Shown here one piece after another: positions 27,217 to 38,303 of a stretch of 64,000 nt of DNA. Below the pieces are notes generated by a model, which saw only the letters and a list, made by a program, of their open reading frames with translations, had not been told where the DNA came from and made no database searches. The number at the start of each line of letters is the position of its first letter. Position 1 is the first letter of the stretch. The DNA is from Candidatus Poribacteria bacterium. GTDB lineage: Bacteria > Poribacteria > WGA-4E > PCPOR2b. The position numbers were made by a program, and so were the translations under genes. Where the stretch lies: assembly GCA_965215015.1 (NCBI GenBank), contig OZ244042.1, forward strand, positions 896,001 through 960,000, in the 5' to 3' direction.

Positions 27217-29280
27217 TTATCCTATCTCAGTGTTAGGCACCGCGTCAAAAAGATAGCATCGGCACGAATGGGTCCCCGTGAACGCGATTTCGTCAGGATA
27301 CGCGTCACTGCAATGCGGCATCGCTTCAGGGCAGCGCGGATGAAAATGACAACCTTTCGGCGGGTTAATTGGGGAGGGCACATCCCCTTCAAGCTGAATC
27401 TTTTCGAGGCCGGTCTCCGGATCGATTTTGGGCACAGCCGATAGCAACGCACGGGTGTAAGGGTGCTTGGGTTGGTCAAAGATTTCTTCGGTGGTACCTC
27501 GTTCAACAATTCGACCGAGATACATCACCGCCACTTCGTCCGCAAGATACTCCACGACAGAGAGGTTGTGGGTGATAAACAGGTAGGTCAGATTCAAGTC
27601 GTCCTGAAGCTCCTTGAGCAGGTTCAAGATCTGGGCTTGGACGGAAACATCCAGCGCACTTGTTGCCTCATCGCAAACGATAAATTCGGGGTCAACAGCC
27701 AAGCATCGGGCAATGCCGATTCGCTGGCGTTGCCCACCGGAGAACTCGTGAGGATACCGCCCCACCATGTCAGGGGACAGACCCACACGCTGCATCAGTT
27801 CGCGCACACGGTCCTCCCGCTCGGATCGATTCGCGCCAATGCCGTGGGTTATCATCCCCTCCTGAATCGTTTGCCCAACCATCGCCCGTGGATTCAGTGA
27901 TGAGTACGGGTCTTGGAAGATAATCTGAAGTTTCCGTCGATAGGGGTGAAGTTCAGACCTACTCAACTGTGCAAGGTCAACGTCATTGTAAGAGATTTCC
28001 CCTTGAATCGGAACACCAAGCCGAAGAACCGCTTTGCCGAGCGTCGTTTTCCCACACCCAGATTCTCCAACGAGGGCAAGGGTTTTCCCCTTAGGAATGG
28101 TAAGGTTGACCCCATCCACTGCATAGACATAGCCCACCGTCCGCTTGAGTATGCCCTTTACAATTGGAAAATGGACACGAAGATTGTTCACCTGAATGAA
28201 TGGTTCGCCGGCCATGTCAGGATTGGGAAGGGTAGAAGGTGCTACAGTCGTTGAGGCCGGGGCGGAAGCAACCTTCGCCGCATCGTCCAAGGGATTAAAA
28301 TCAGGGTTGTAAAGGTGACATGCGGTGTGATGTCCCGCTTCGATCTCAATCAACGGTGGTAAGATGGCATCGCAACCGTTCATGAGTTGGGGACACCGAT
28401 CCGCAAAGCGACACCCATCAGGATATTGCGTCGCTTGCGGGACACGCCCTTGGATGGTCTGTAGAGCATCGCCGCGCTTTTGACGCAAGGGGAGGGAGTC
28501 AAGCAATTTGGTCGTGTAGGGATGGCGAGGATTATGGTACAGTGTTCCCCAATTGCTGGTTTCGACAATCTTCCCTGCGTACATGACGGCAACACGGTCC
28601 GCCATTTCGGATACAACGCCAAGGTCATGGGTAATCAGCAGTACTGCCATCCCAAACTCGCGTTGGAGTTGCTTAATCAGTTCAAGAATCTGCGCCTGAA
28701 TTGTAACGTCCAAGGCGGTCGTAGGTTCATCAGCGATAAGCAAGCCGGGCTGACATGACAGCGCGATCGCTATCATGACACGCTGCCTCATACCGCCCGA
28801 CAGTTGGTGGGGATATTCCTCGAAACGCCGGGCTGGCTCAGGAATGCCGACCAGATCCAACATCTCAATAGCAGCGTCCTTCGCGGCTTTCCCGGCTATC
28901 TCTTGATGCTGCTGGATCGCTTCCAGAATTTGATTCCCAACGGTAAACACAGGATTGAGGCTGGTCATCGGTTCTTGGAAGATCATTGCAATCTCGTCAC
29001 CGCGAATCTTTCGTTTTTCTACCTCTGGCAATCGGGTAATTTCTCTGCCTTTATAATGGATCTCTCCTCCGGCAATAAAGCCCGCAGGCTGTGGCACCAG
29101 TTGACTGATTGACAACGCTGTCACGCTCTTGCCGCAGCCGGATTCCCCTACTATCGCGAAAATCTCGTTATGCTGAATCTCAAAGGACACACCATCTACA
29201 GCAAGGGCAAGCCCTTCCGCAGTACGAAAGTAGGTCTTGAGGTTATCAACGCGCAATAGGGGTTCACACGATTTTCTCAT
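27217..29280 (-). CDS. Dipeptide/oligopeptide ABC transporter ATP-binding protein (fused OppD-OppF type)
   Basis: Two GESGCGK Walker A motifs, LSGGMRQR/FSGGQRQR signatures and two C-terminal Cys-rich HPY regions. Confidence 0.95.
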   Translation of the reverse strand: MRKSCEPLLRVDNLKTYFRTAEGLALAVDGVSFEIQHNEIFAIVGESGCGKSVTALSISQLVPQPAGFIAGGEIHYKGREITRLPEVEKRKIRGDEIAMIFQEPMTSLNPVFTVGNQILEAIQQHQEIAGKAAKDAAIEMLDLVGIPEPARRFEEYPHQLSGGMRQRVMIAIALSCQPGLLIADEPTTALDVTIQAQILELIKQLQREFGMAVLLITHDLGVVSEMADRVAVMYAGKIVETSNWGTLYHNPRHPYTTKLLDSLPLRQKRGDALQTIQGRVPQATQYPDGCRFADRCPQLMNGCDAILPPLIEIEAGHHTACHLYNPDFNPLDDAAKVASAPASTTVAPSTLPNPDMAGEPFIQVNNLRVHFPIVKGILKRTVGYVYAVDGVNLTIPKGKTLALVGESGCGKTTLGKAVLRLGVPIQGEISYNDVDLAQLSRSELHPYRRKLQIIFQDPYSSLNPRAMVGQTIQEGMITHGIGANRSEREDRVRELMQRVGLSPDMVGRYPHEFSGGQRQRIGIARCLAVDPEFIVCDEATSALDVSVQAQILNLLKELQDDLNLTYLFITHNLSVVEYLADEVAVMYLGRIVERGTTEEIFDQPKHPYTRALLSAVPKIDPETGLEKIQLEGDVPSPINPPKGCHFHPRCPEAMPHCSDAYPDEIAFTGTHSCRCYLFDAVPNTEIG

Positions 29281-29292
29281 ACTGGCACACTT

Positions 29293-30342
29293 TCAATTGA
29301 TCTCAATCTCCGAAATGCTCTTGGCAGTTACGGCCTGATCGAAAAGAGTATTGAGTCGATCCACACGGCGGACGGCTTTAATTTTCTTTACCATGGACGG
29401 TGGAATGGAGTCAAATCGAAGCTGGAGGAGCTTGAGAACGGCTTCACGCTTTGCCCTTAGTTCACCGCGTTTCTCTCCTCTTTCTTCGCCCTGTTGAATG
29501 AAGTATTCTGCAATTGTTTGCGGCATATCTTGTACCTCCTCTATTTGCCTACGTCCTACAAGGGTTTGGGCAACAATATTCATCAGGGTTTCACGTTCTT
29601 CTGTAGGTCGCCTATGATAGATTAGCAAAACCAAATAGTACATTGCTCTTGACCACTGTGGCGATTCTTCCGGTAACTCCTTCAAAATCTCTACTATCTG
29701 TTTTAACACAGCTTCAAAGTCAGCTTTTGTTGCATCTTCTTGGCGAATGAGCTCTAACAGCAGGCGAAATGGGTGATCTTGATAGAGGAAGTCAGGGGTA
29801 TCTTCTCCCTTAACATTCAGGAATAAGACATCAAACGTGGGAACAAACCGCCCTAAGGCTTGTGGTAGGTCCGTGACTACCTCTATTGTTATCGGCATCT
29901 CCCACGTCTGGCTCCCTGTATAAAACACAATTGGAATAATTGGGCGAAAGCACCACTCACTTTCAGGGACTTTCGCATCCTCCCACCCACGTCGCTGGGC
30001 ATCCCAAATATTGACCATGTAGAATAGAAGTCGAAAGCCCATCACGGGACTCGGCACCGATTGGTGTTCGATAAGCAGGTAAACCCACACGTCACCCAAC
30101 TCTTCAGATTGAAATGGGATCAGATAGATGACATCGGATTCTTGTTTCCGCAGGTTATCGGGAATAAAACTCTGATTCACCTGTTGGATTTGACTGAAAT
30201 CAAGTTGGTCGGCCAAATCGCTCGCAACAATTTGTAGCAATCCCTCCACATTTTCGCCAAATTCCAGCAACCACTTGGTCCCTCTGTCAGAGAATTCTCT
30301 GATCGGCGGTAAGAAACCGATGTCTTGGGTCTGTTTTCTCAT
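29293..30342 (-). CDS. Rpn-family recombination-promoting nuclease / putative transposase (YhgA-like)
   Basis: SFIPDNLRKQESDVIY, YLLIEHQS, IIPIVFYTG, C-terminal GEERGEKRGE. Confidence 0.88.
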   Translation of the reverse strand: MRKQTQDIGFLPPIREFSDRGTKWLLEFGENVEGLLQIVASDLADQLDFSQIQQVNQSFIPDNLRKQESDVIYLIPFQSEELGDVWVYLLIEHQSVPSPVMGFRLLFYMVNIWDAQRRGWEDAKVPESEWCFRPIIPIVFYTGSQTWEMPITIEVVTDLPQALGRFVPTFDVLFLNVKGEDTPDFLYQDHPFRLLLELIRQEDATKADFEAVLKQIVEILKELPEESPQWSRAMYYLVLLIYHRRPTEERETLMNIVAQTLVGRRQIEEVQDMPQTIAEYFIQQGEERGEKRGELRAKREAVLKLLQLRFDSIPPSMVKKIKAVRRVDRLNTLFDQAVTAKSISEIEIN

Positions 30343-30815
30343 TCGATCGGCTGCCTCGCATTGCAGAAAATATCTGAGATATTGGGCTATCAAAAAATGC
30401 TGACAAGACCCTATCTTTTAGGTTGGGTCTTGTCAACCAAACCTCGTTAATATACAGAAATAGGTTGAAATTCTAATTAATACGTTTCAAGGCAGGCATT
30501 GAACAACCGTTGAGTGCAAAGACACCAGACATGGAGTAATATCCTGCGCGGTTGATTCGAGTTGGCGTATGAGCGAGCTGGAATAGATCCCAATGACTTG
30601 CAACGAACTTCAGCTGAGTGATTGTATGGGGATGGATTGCCCCACCCTAGATTCTTCCCACGCAGTTACGGGGCTGGTCGCCAGAATGGGCAGGGCGTTG
30701 TCCGTTGCAGTAGCAGATGTAAGTCGGACTTTGGTTCGCTACCCGTGTGTGTCCACAATTCGACATCCTATGGGGAACGGATGACAATCTCCACTCTTTA
30801 GGATGTGGGAGTACG

Positions 30816-31472
30816 TCAATGAGACACCCGGCAAACCGCTCCGGTTCCCGCATCGCAGTACCAGAAGCACCCATCCCAGCGCGTCATGCCGTGCGGCTCC
30901 GGGTGTGGTTCAGGAATTTCGATCTTATCAACGGTCGAACCGTCTTTGAGATTCAGACGATAGAAGGCACGGTAATTTGTCTCAACACACCAGAGATCGT
31001 CCCCCTCCCACGCAAGTCCGTGCGGACGGACTCCGGGGGCCGGGAAAGAATGCAAGACAGCGAGATCGTTTTCTGGGTCTAACTGGTAAACGGTCGCTGA
31101 AGGCGGCACTGCCATCCACAGCTTCCCATCACGCCATTCTAATCCGTGCGCCCCTGACTTTTGGGCTCCTGCTGTCGGATAGGAGGCAAGGGTTTTCCCA
31201 GTTGCTGGATCGACTTTTAGAATTGCCGGACCGTCGGCTTCTATGCGCGTCGGGACGAAAGTTGATGCGAGCCAAAGGTTCGTACCGTCCACCGTAACCC
31301 CGCTCCCGTGCTCAGAATCTGTATCAATGGCCTTCAAAGTTTCCCCTTCATAGGAGACGAGGAGGGCTTGATTTGAGACTTGATCCAGAAACCAGATCCC
31401 TTCCTCCGTAGCTTGCATACCGTTTGGCTGCGGTCCTGGAAAATCAAACATCTTTTCTATTTTAACTGCCAT
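30816..31472 (-). CDS. Beta-propeller protein (glutamine cyclotransferase / Vgb-lyase-like)
   Basis: Repeated P[NH]G[ML]xWxGxxLW blades. Confidence 0.65.
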   Translation of the reverse strand: MAVKIEKMFDFPGPQPNGMQATEEGIWFLDQVSNQALLVSYEGETLKAIDTDSEHGSGVTVDGTNLWLASTFVPTRIEADGPAILKVDPATGKTLASYPTAGAQKSGAHGLEWRDGKLWMAVPPSATVYQLDPENDLAVLHSFPAPGVRPHGLAWEGDDLWCVETNYRAFYRLNLKDGSTVDKIEIPEPHPEPHGMTRWDGCFWYCDAGTGAVCRVSH

Positions 31473-32077
31473 AAGAAATTCTCCCTTATTTATTGTGTCT
31501 GTGATCCCATTGGTATTTTATAATAGATGGGTATCTGTGTCAATCGAATTATTCTATAGCAACCTAACTTCTCTTGGTCGCCTTGATAGATCAATTTCCT
31601 TAAATAATAGGACTTACACAGTTGAGAAGCCCCCGTTCCGAGGGTTTTTAACCTATAGTTCAGCGATTCATCGTCGCGCAGGATAACTCCCAACGCCCAA
31701 TGAATCGGGAAACTACAGTAAGCCTTTAGGTTTGTAGCAGAGCGATTTATCGATCGTCGAGGCGCGCAATGAATTGAGCGACTACAAACTGAAGTGTGTA
31801 AGTTCAATCCTTTGCTTTGTGATTCTAGCAGCGAGATTTCGCAGTTCCTCAATAAAATCCATTGCGGGGGATCTCCTTGCATCCTTTTCTTCCCTTGCTA
31901 AGAGGCACCGGGCATTACCGGGGTGGTTAAGTAGCAGCCTGCCGCTCAAGGGGTAATACTAATGCAATAAAAATAGAAAAGGGATCAATAAAGAAAGTTG
32001 AGTTCGATAACAGCTCCTTCCCTTCCTTCCAACCTCCTACGTATGCTCTCAGGAACAAATCAAAAAATAAATATTCA

Positions 32078-32752
32078 TTAATGGCCACCATGTCCTGATT
32101 TCCAATATCCTTGACCACCAATCTCCTCAGCTAATTGGACTATAGATGTGTATACTCCATTATGAATTTTACCATCGCAAAAACAATAACCAGCACTCTT
32201 TCTATGACTGTATGCACGGATTTTCTCACAAGCCCAAGCAGCTCCTTCAGGAGTAAAAACTAAAACATCATTGCTAGGGGTCAAAAATCCTTTGGCAAAA
32301 GGAGAGTATGGTTCGAGAAAATTAACCTTAATAGGAGAATAGCAGGCAAACTCTTCAGGGTGCAAATACCATTGTGGCTGAAATACCTTTGCATCATAGG
32401 GCAGTTTAGACAACAATTCTTGAAGTTTACAAAATGGTATTGTTAATCTTCTGTCGTCATTCATCAACATTGTTGTCTTATTAGACCACCTAATCTTCTT
32501 AAGAGCTTCATAAAAAGAAAGGGAAGAACAAATATGGCTGCATCGTAGTGATGGTTGATGCTTATGGAAGCGTAACCTCTTCTCTTCCAGCTTTGCTGTC
32601 AAATCTTCTCTAGAGGTAGTCTTAGCATCAAACCCAATATGCTTTTCTATCAAACATTTAGGCACTCCAGAATCAAGCAAACAAGCCTTTACAGCCCACT
32701 GTCTATTTTCATTACTTTCTATAGTTCTAACCATAACCTTTTCTACTTTCAT
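32078..32752 (-). CDS. AT-rich hypothetical protein, divergent glycosyltransferase family 25-like
   Basis: CSSLSFYEALKKI..MLMNDD and VLVFTPEGA resemble GT25 'C.LSH...W..I...LILEDD' and 'YLISPxGA'; GGAGG RBS. Confidence 0.45.
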   Translation of the reverse strand: MKVEKVMVRTIESNENRQWAVKACLLDSGVPKCLIEKHIGFDAKTTSREDLTAKLEEKRLRFHKHQPSLRCSHICSSLSFYEALKKIRWSNKTTMLMNDDRRLTIPFCKLQELLSKLPYDAKVFQPQWYLHPEEFACYSPIKVNFLEPYSPFAKGFLTPSNDVLVFTPEGAAWACEKIRAYSHRKSAGYCFCDGKIHNGVYTSIVQLAEEIGGQGYWKSGHGGH

Positions 32753-32859
32753 TCAAATTATCCCTCCGAAGCATTTATCTAATTGAACTCTTATTCAGTA
32801 ATTAACGATACAATTGAGGATACCGGCTCATGCTCTCTAAATTAAACTAGCACCATTGG

Positions 32860-35766
32860 TTATAATGTAACCCGGGACTGCTTCCCACCGTGGATGCTAG
32901 GCTCTGCACACAACCGCTCACGGAGACGATGCAACCCCGCATAAACATCTGGATGTGTCGCGTCAGCTATCTCAAGCACCTCAGCTAACAGCCGCTGATC
33001 CAACTCCTGACGCACTACATCTTCAAACATCTGATTGAACGGGAGCATTCGCTTATGCTTCATCTCCTCAAAAATGCGCTCGGCGTTTTGCAAGGCAGCT
33101 TGATCCAATTGACGCACATCTAACGTTGGCATCGAATGTAAAAGTGTCAAACGAATTGCACCTCGCCCCGACTGTCGCTTGTTACAGTGCATCCAGTAGC
33201 ATAACAACCCCAACGTTGAATTACTCCATAACATCCAGACGTATTCATACAACGAATTTTCAAACACAACGTTAGGGAGTATACTCATACCAATCGTGGG
33301 CTTCTCTGTGAAGAGCACTGATAACGAATTTGCATTAAAACGTAATCCTATATTCTGGTGGATGCGGCTATTCCTTTCCAATACCTGTTGGGCTTGGTCC
33401 CAATAATTGGACCGAACCATGCCATGGCAATCCGGTTTGACCACCATGCTCCGCTGCCTATCTGATTTTACGTGCCGTAGCCCTAGATAGTCGTCTGCAT
33501 CGGAGTAACCATCTTCTATATCAAAGGCTCCTCGCGCTCCCTTAACCCTTGTATCGTCAAAACTGGTCGTCGCTATCTCACCGACAGAACAGATCGGAAT
33601 TTCGAGAGGGTCACGCTGTTTCGGTAACCAGACATGCCCATTCGCTAAATGGTAGGCGGATTGAATCAACGCAAGATCTTTAATACGTGAGGTGCTCCAT
33701 ATTTTTTCTAACGGACAATTTAAGGCAGACCCTACTATTTCATCCCCCACCTTAATAGGATCTCCACCAATCGGTGGATCTTCAAACTTTCTGACATTCC
33801 AGAGACGTTGAATCCGCTTAGCTATTTCAACTGCCTCTAAATGGCTATTTGGTTTGCGGTAAAGACAGACAAAGTTGCCGCGTCCGGTGTTTTCCGTCCT
33901 GCCTTTGATGGCAACGACGAGACACTCCGCCATGTTCGTATCCGCGGAGAAGGCACAGTTTTCCGTTCTGGCATCGGCGATGGTAACAACGGTTATGTCG
34001 TGATACGCAGCAGCCCATAGGTCCCGCACCTTCTGCCAGTCGGGGGAAATCAGTACAGTCAGGGGAAGCACGAATCCCATCGTGGGCGGATACGGGCCTG
34101 TATCCTCACTATTTTTTAGCATCCGATCAGCAAGGTCAACGAAATAGGAACCGAGGCCTGCGTTGCCATTTGCGATGGAGGTCTCTATGTTTCGGAGCGA
34201 TGCTTTCATCCCATCGGCGATATCTTCATCCCTATCTCCAAACACAGTTGTCGGAACATCGGGGTTATTAGAACTATTGTCCGCGCCCATCCTTGTAAAG
34301 GGTGGGTTATCAATAACGATATCAAACTCGCCATGCCGAAATTCCGATATTTGGTTCTCATCTTGGCAACCATCGCCTTGAACCTGCTCTGTGTTTATTA
34401 ATCCTAATGGTAACGTTGCCCCCGGATTCTCAAGTAAATCCAAAGCCCCTATTGCATATTTGCCATCCAGCCGTTGTGTGCCGTACGCCATAGTATGAAT
34501 GCGAGTTTTTCCAATTTTGATATCGGGATAGGTACTTGCAATAATTGAGGCAGTGAGGTGGCTAGCATTGGGCATAATATCAGCCCCAACGAGGTTATTT
34601 TCTACCATTTGCCGGTGAATGTCTTTCCCGCTCCCACCCGCTTGTTCATGCAGTGCCAATATCCGCTGGTAAAGTCCGTTTAGCAGTGCACCGGTGCCAC
34701 AAGCAAAATCGGCTACCTTGGGGAAGGTACATAACCCGTCCCCTAGGGTAGGCTGCCCGTTGGGTAAAACAAGAGCGGAGAGCAGCGCAACGGATTCAGG
34801 GCGCGTATAGTTCGCCTTGATGAACCTCCGGTCAATAATCAACCGTTGGAAGACGATGCCCGCTAACTCGTGTATCTGTTCCACCCCCTGTGCAATCAGT
34901 CCCTGGGCGGTGCTACGCAACCTCTGCAATAGCCGCCCGACCAGTCTATCATCTGTTGCCAGTACCTCTTTTGTCAGACGATAGGCAACATCGAAGATAG
35001 GGCGATAGTTTACCTGTCGAATGACATCCCAGGCGTTCAAGACTTCATTGACGCTAAGTTGTTCACCCACCCTTTGGAATTGGCCAAGGGAGGGCACCGC
35101 TTCCATTTCCGGAGTGCCAGCAAGTGCACTCTGAAAAACGAAGGCGTTTGTGATGATCAACATCGCCATCCGATAGGTCTGTTCACCCGCTTCTTGATAA
35201 AGGATTTTCTCAATGGTTTCTGCCATGTAGGGGCGTGTCTCTATGGCAGCAGCGAGGAGGATTGCAGCCTCATTTACGTCCTGCTCTAAATCTTCGGCGG
35301 CTCGGGCAACCTTGGAAATGGGGATGGCACCAATTCGGAGGGCAGTGGTAACGTCACTAATATTGCCACTGATCCAACCGCTACTGGGAAAACGGTGGGG
35401 GGCATCAACGCTGAAAAGGGCGTAGTATAGGTCAGCGGCGTCTCGGAGTGCGTCCGGAATCTCAGCACTGCTGAACTGTCGAAACCGGTAGGGGACTCGT
35501 AATACCATGGCGGTTTTAATCGTTTCAAACGATGCTAGGCGTTTTCCGAGTCGTTTTTTTGCTTGTTCTTCGCCTTCCAAGTTCGATGAATTGCGGTGGT
35601 CAATCTTTACCTCTATGACTACTGGCTCTTTGCCGGTTTCTGTCACGGTTATATCGGGACGTTTAGCTTCGCGTAGTAGTGTTTCCTGAGGTTCGATGCT
35701 CCAGGTATTTCCGCGCTCTCGTAATATATCCCCTATATAGATCGAGATTGTGTCCTCAATCTGCAT
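32860..35766 (-). CDS. Type IIG-like fused restriction endonuclease / N6-adenine methyltransferase
   Basis: N-terminal PD..IEVK nuclease motif; DFACGTG (motif I) and NPPF (motif IV); C-terminal TRD-like region. Confidence 0.85.
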   Translation of the reverse strand: MQIEDTISIYIGDILRERGNTWSIEPQETLLREAKRPDITVTETGKEPVVIEVKIDHRNSSNLEGEEQAKKRLGKRLASFETIKTAMVLRVPYRFRQFSSAEIPDALRDAADLYYALFSVDAPHRFPSSGWISGNISDVTTALRIGAIPISKVARAAEDLEQDVNEAAILLAAAIETRPYMAETIEKILYQEAGEQTYRMAMLIITNAFVFQSALAGTPEMEAVPSLGQFQRVGEQLSVNEVLNAWDVIRQVNYRPIFDVAYRLTKEVLATDDRLVGRLLQRLRSTAQGLIAQGVEQIHELAGIVFQRLIIDRRFIKANYTRPESVALLSALVLPNGQPTLGDGLCTFPKVADFACGTGALLNGLYQRILALHEQAGGSGKDIHRQMVENNLVGADIMPNASHLTASIIASTYPDIKIGKTRIHTMAYGTQRLDGKYAIGALDLLENPGATLPLGLINTEQVQGDGCQDENQISEFRHGEFDIVIDNPPFTRMGADNSSNNPDVPTTVFGDRDEDIADGMKASLRNIETSIANGNAGLGSYFVDLADRMLKNSEDTGPYPPTMGFVLPLTVLISPDWQKVRDLWAAAYHDITVVTIADARTENCAFSADTNMAECLVVAIKGRTENTGRGNFVCLYRKPNSHLEAVEIAKRIQRLWNVRKFEDPPIGGDPIKVGDEIVGSALNCPLEKIWSTSRIKDLALIQSAYHLANGHVWLPKQRDPLEIPICSVGEIATTSFDDTRVKGARGAFDIEDGYSDADDYLGLRHVKSDRQRSMVVKPDCHGMVRSNYWDQAQQVLERNSRIHQNIGLRFNANSLSVLFTEKPTIGMSILPNVVFENSLYEYVWMLWSNSTLGLLCYWMHCNKRQSGRGAIRLTLLHSMPTLDVRQLDQAALQNAERIFEEMKHKRMLPFNQMFEDVVRQELDQRLLAEVLEIADATHPDVYAGLHRLRERLCAEPSIHGGKQSRVTL

Positions 35767-35918
35767 CCGTATCTCCGTCTTTCTTCCCAATCGGTACAAC
35801 TCATATTAAAAAATGGTGCAACAGCAACCGAGTCTTTGGCAAGCACGGGCGGATAAACCCTACCCCTACGGGATTTTGGGCAGGTACAAGACCTGTCCCT
35901 ACTCCTCTTTCTGTTTTT

Positions 35919-38303
35919 TCAGTGATTTTGTTTGAGTGCCCGATTAAGGACTTCATCCACATGATCAACAAATATAAACTCAAGCCCCTCCTTAGCATCG
36001 TCAGGGACTTCAACGAGATCTTTCTGATTACGCTCAGGTAGGATAACTGTCTTAATCCCCGCCTGTTTTGCAGCGAGCGTTTTCTCCTTCAAGCCGCCAA
36101 TCGGGAGCACACGTCCCCGCAACGTAATCTCGCCAGTCATCGCAACTTCAGGGATAACGCTGTGCCTTGTCACCAGAGAAGCGAGGGCGGTAGCGATTGT
36201 GATACCGGCAGAGGGGCCATCTTTCGGACTTGCCCCGGCTGGCACATGAACGTGGATGTCGTGCTTTTGGAAGAAATCGGAGTCGAAATGTAATGCCTCC
36301 GACTGGGATTTGACATAACTTAGTGCAGCTTGGGCAGATTCCTGCATAACATCGCCGAGCTGCCCTGTAAGCAGTAACTTTCCCTTACCAGCCATACTGG
36401 TCGCTTCTATAAACAGGATCTCACCTCCATAGGCGGTGGCAGACATACCGGTTACAACCCCAATCTCTTCCTTCCGTTCAGCGATTTCAGAGAAGAATTT
36501 GGTTGGTCCCAGATAATCCTGTACATCGTCGATTTTCACATGGGTTGGCGTATCTTTCCCTTCGGCAATCTGGCGAGCAACCTTTCGGCAGATCGTTCCC
36601 ACCTCGCGTTCAAGATTTCGGACACCTGCTTCACGGGTGTATTTGTCAATTACCTGATGAATAGCGTTGTCCGTAATTGGAAGTGCATCCTCCGCTATGC
36701 CGTGCGCTTCAAGTTGGCGCGGGATGAGATATTGCTTGGCAATCATCAGTTTCTCGTTAGCGGTATAGCCGGGGAGTTCGAGAATTTCGAGGCGGTCAAG
36801 CAAAGCGGGAGGAATGGTGTGGAGTTGATTCGCCGTAGTAATGAACATGACCTTCGAGAGATCGAAAGATACCTCAAGGTAGTTGTCTACGAAGTCAAAG
36901 TTCTGCTCTGGATCGAGGACTTCAAGCAGGGCAGCAGCGGGATCGCCTCGGAAATCCGAGCCGAGTTTATCGATTTCATCTAACATAAAAATCGGGTTAT
37001 TGGATTCCACCTGACGCAAACTTTTTACAATACGTCCCGGCATTGAGCCGATGTAGGTGCGGCGGTGGCCCCGAATTTCCGCTTCGTCGTGAACCCCGCC
37101 CAGTGAGATCCGTACAAATTTTCGCTCCATCGCTCTGGCAATTGACGCCCCTAACGAGGTTTTCCCGACCCCTGGCGGCCCCACAAAGCAGAGAATAGGT
37201 CCCTTCATATCTTCTTTGAGCAGGCGCACCGCAAGGTGCTCCAAAATCCGGTCTTTGACCTTTTCGAGGTCATAGTGATCTTCATCAAGGACCTGCTTTG
37301 CGTGAGCGATATCGAGATGATCCTGTGTGCTGACATCCCAAGGGAGGTTAATGAGCCAATCGAGGTAATTTCGAGACACGGTTGACTCTGGGGAGGCTGA
37401 GTGCATTTTGGAGAGGCGATTGAGTTCTTTTTCCGCGACAGCGTGCACTTTTTCGGGCATGTTTGCTTTTTCAATTTGTTCACGCATCTCCTCAACCTCC
37501 AGCAATAGATCATCGGTTTCACCGAGCTCTTTTTGGATGGCTTTCATCTGTTCGCGGAGGAAGTATTCGCGCTGCCCTTGGTTAATCACACCTTGGGCAT
37601 CCGATTGAATCTTGCTTTCCAGTTCAAGCAAATCCAGCTCTTTAGTGAGTGAAACGATTAGCTGAGTCAACCGATCTGTGGGAGAGATGGTTTCCAAGAG
37701 TACCTGTTTATCTTTAGGTTTGAGATCAAGCGTTGCGGCGATATAATCTGCGAGTCGCCCCGGTTCATCAATATTGTCTGCAATGATACTGAACTCTTCC
37801 TGATATCGGGACGAAAGCTCGACAATCTGTTGAAAGAGAGAGGTGGCACTGCGCATCAGGGCTTCGACTTCAACAGTAGTTTCTTCCTCTTTGTCTTCAA
37901 TGATTCGCACCCGTCCTTTGATAAATGGATCGGTCTGTGTGATCTCTTCAATCTGAACCCTTGCACGTCCCTGTGCGAGGAATAAGACATTCTCATCCTC
38001 TTTGCGACACTTAATGATATAGATCTGCGTTCCAACAGTGTTGAAGTCTTCGACCGTCAGTTCCGCTTCATCTTTATCCGACTGGAGCTCAAAGATGCAG
38101 AGCAGCCGCGAACCGCCGATTAGTGCTTCATCGACAGCTGCTGTAATGCTCTCTCCCGATAACACAACGTGATGCGGTGGAAATGGGGGAACCGGCGGCA
38201 TATACGGAAAGATAACCAGATCGTCCTGAACAGGAATAATTGGCAGTTCTTTCGGCTTTTCAACGTTTGCTTCTTGTTTGTTTTTATCCTTTGACGCCAT
38301 CAT
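35919..38303 (-). CDS. lon: ATP-dependent Lon protease
   Basis: GPPGVGKT, GHRRTYIG, LLEVLDPEQN, catalytic PKDGPSAG. Confidence 0.98.
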   Translation of the reverse strand: MMASKDKNKQEANVEKPKELPIIPVQDDLVIFPYMPPVPPFPPHHVVLSGESITAAVDEALIGGSRLLCIFELQSDKDEAELTVEDFNTVGTQIYIIKCRKEDENVLFLAQGRARVQIEEITQTDPFIKGRVRIIEDKEEETTVEVEALMRSATSLFQQIVELSSRYQEEFSIIADNIDEPGRLADYIAATLDLKPKDKQVLLETISPTDRLTQLIVSLTKELDLLELESKIQSDAQGVINQGQREYFLREQMKAIQKELGETDDLLLEVEEMREQIEKANMPEKVHAVAEKELNRLSKMHSASPESTVSRNYLDWLINLPWDVSTQDHLDIAHAKQVLDEDHYDLEKVKDRILEHLAVRLLKEDMKGPILCFVGPPGVGKTSLGASIARAMERKFVRISLGGVHDEAEIRGHRRTYIGSMPGRIVKSLRQVESNNPIFMLDEIDKLGSDFRGDPAAALLEVLDPEQNFDFVDNYLEVSFDLSKVMFITTANQLHTIPPALLDRLEILELPGYTANEKLMIAKQYLIPRQLEAHGIAEDALPITDNAIHQVIDKYTREAGVRNLEREVGTICRKVARQIAEGKDTPTHVKIDDVQDYLGPTKFFSEIAERKEEIGVVTGMSATAYGGEILFIEATSMAGKGKLLLTGQLGDVMQESAQAALSYVKSQSEALHFDSDFFQKHDIHVHVPAGASPKDGPSAGITIATALASLVTRHSVIPEVAMTGEITLRGRVLPIGGLKEKTLAAKQAGIKTVILPERNQKDLVEVPDDAKEGLEFIFVDHVDEVLNRALKQNH

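Noticed and set aside
31891-31953. Possible structured ncRNA (CCCTTG...CAAGGG closing stem)
   Set aside because: Could not be matched to SRP, 6S, RNase P or tmRNA by eye; needs an Infernal/Rfam scan.
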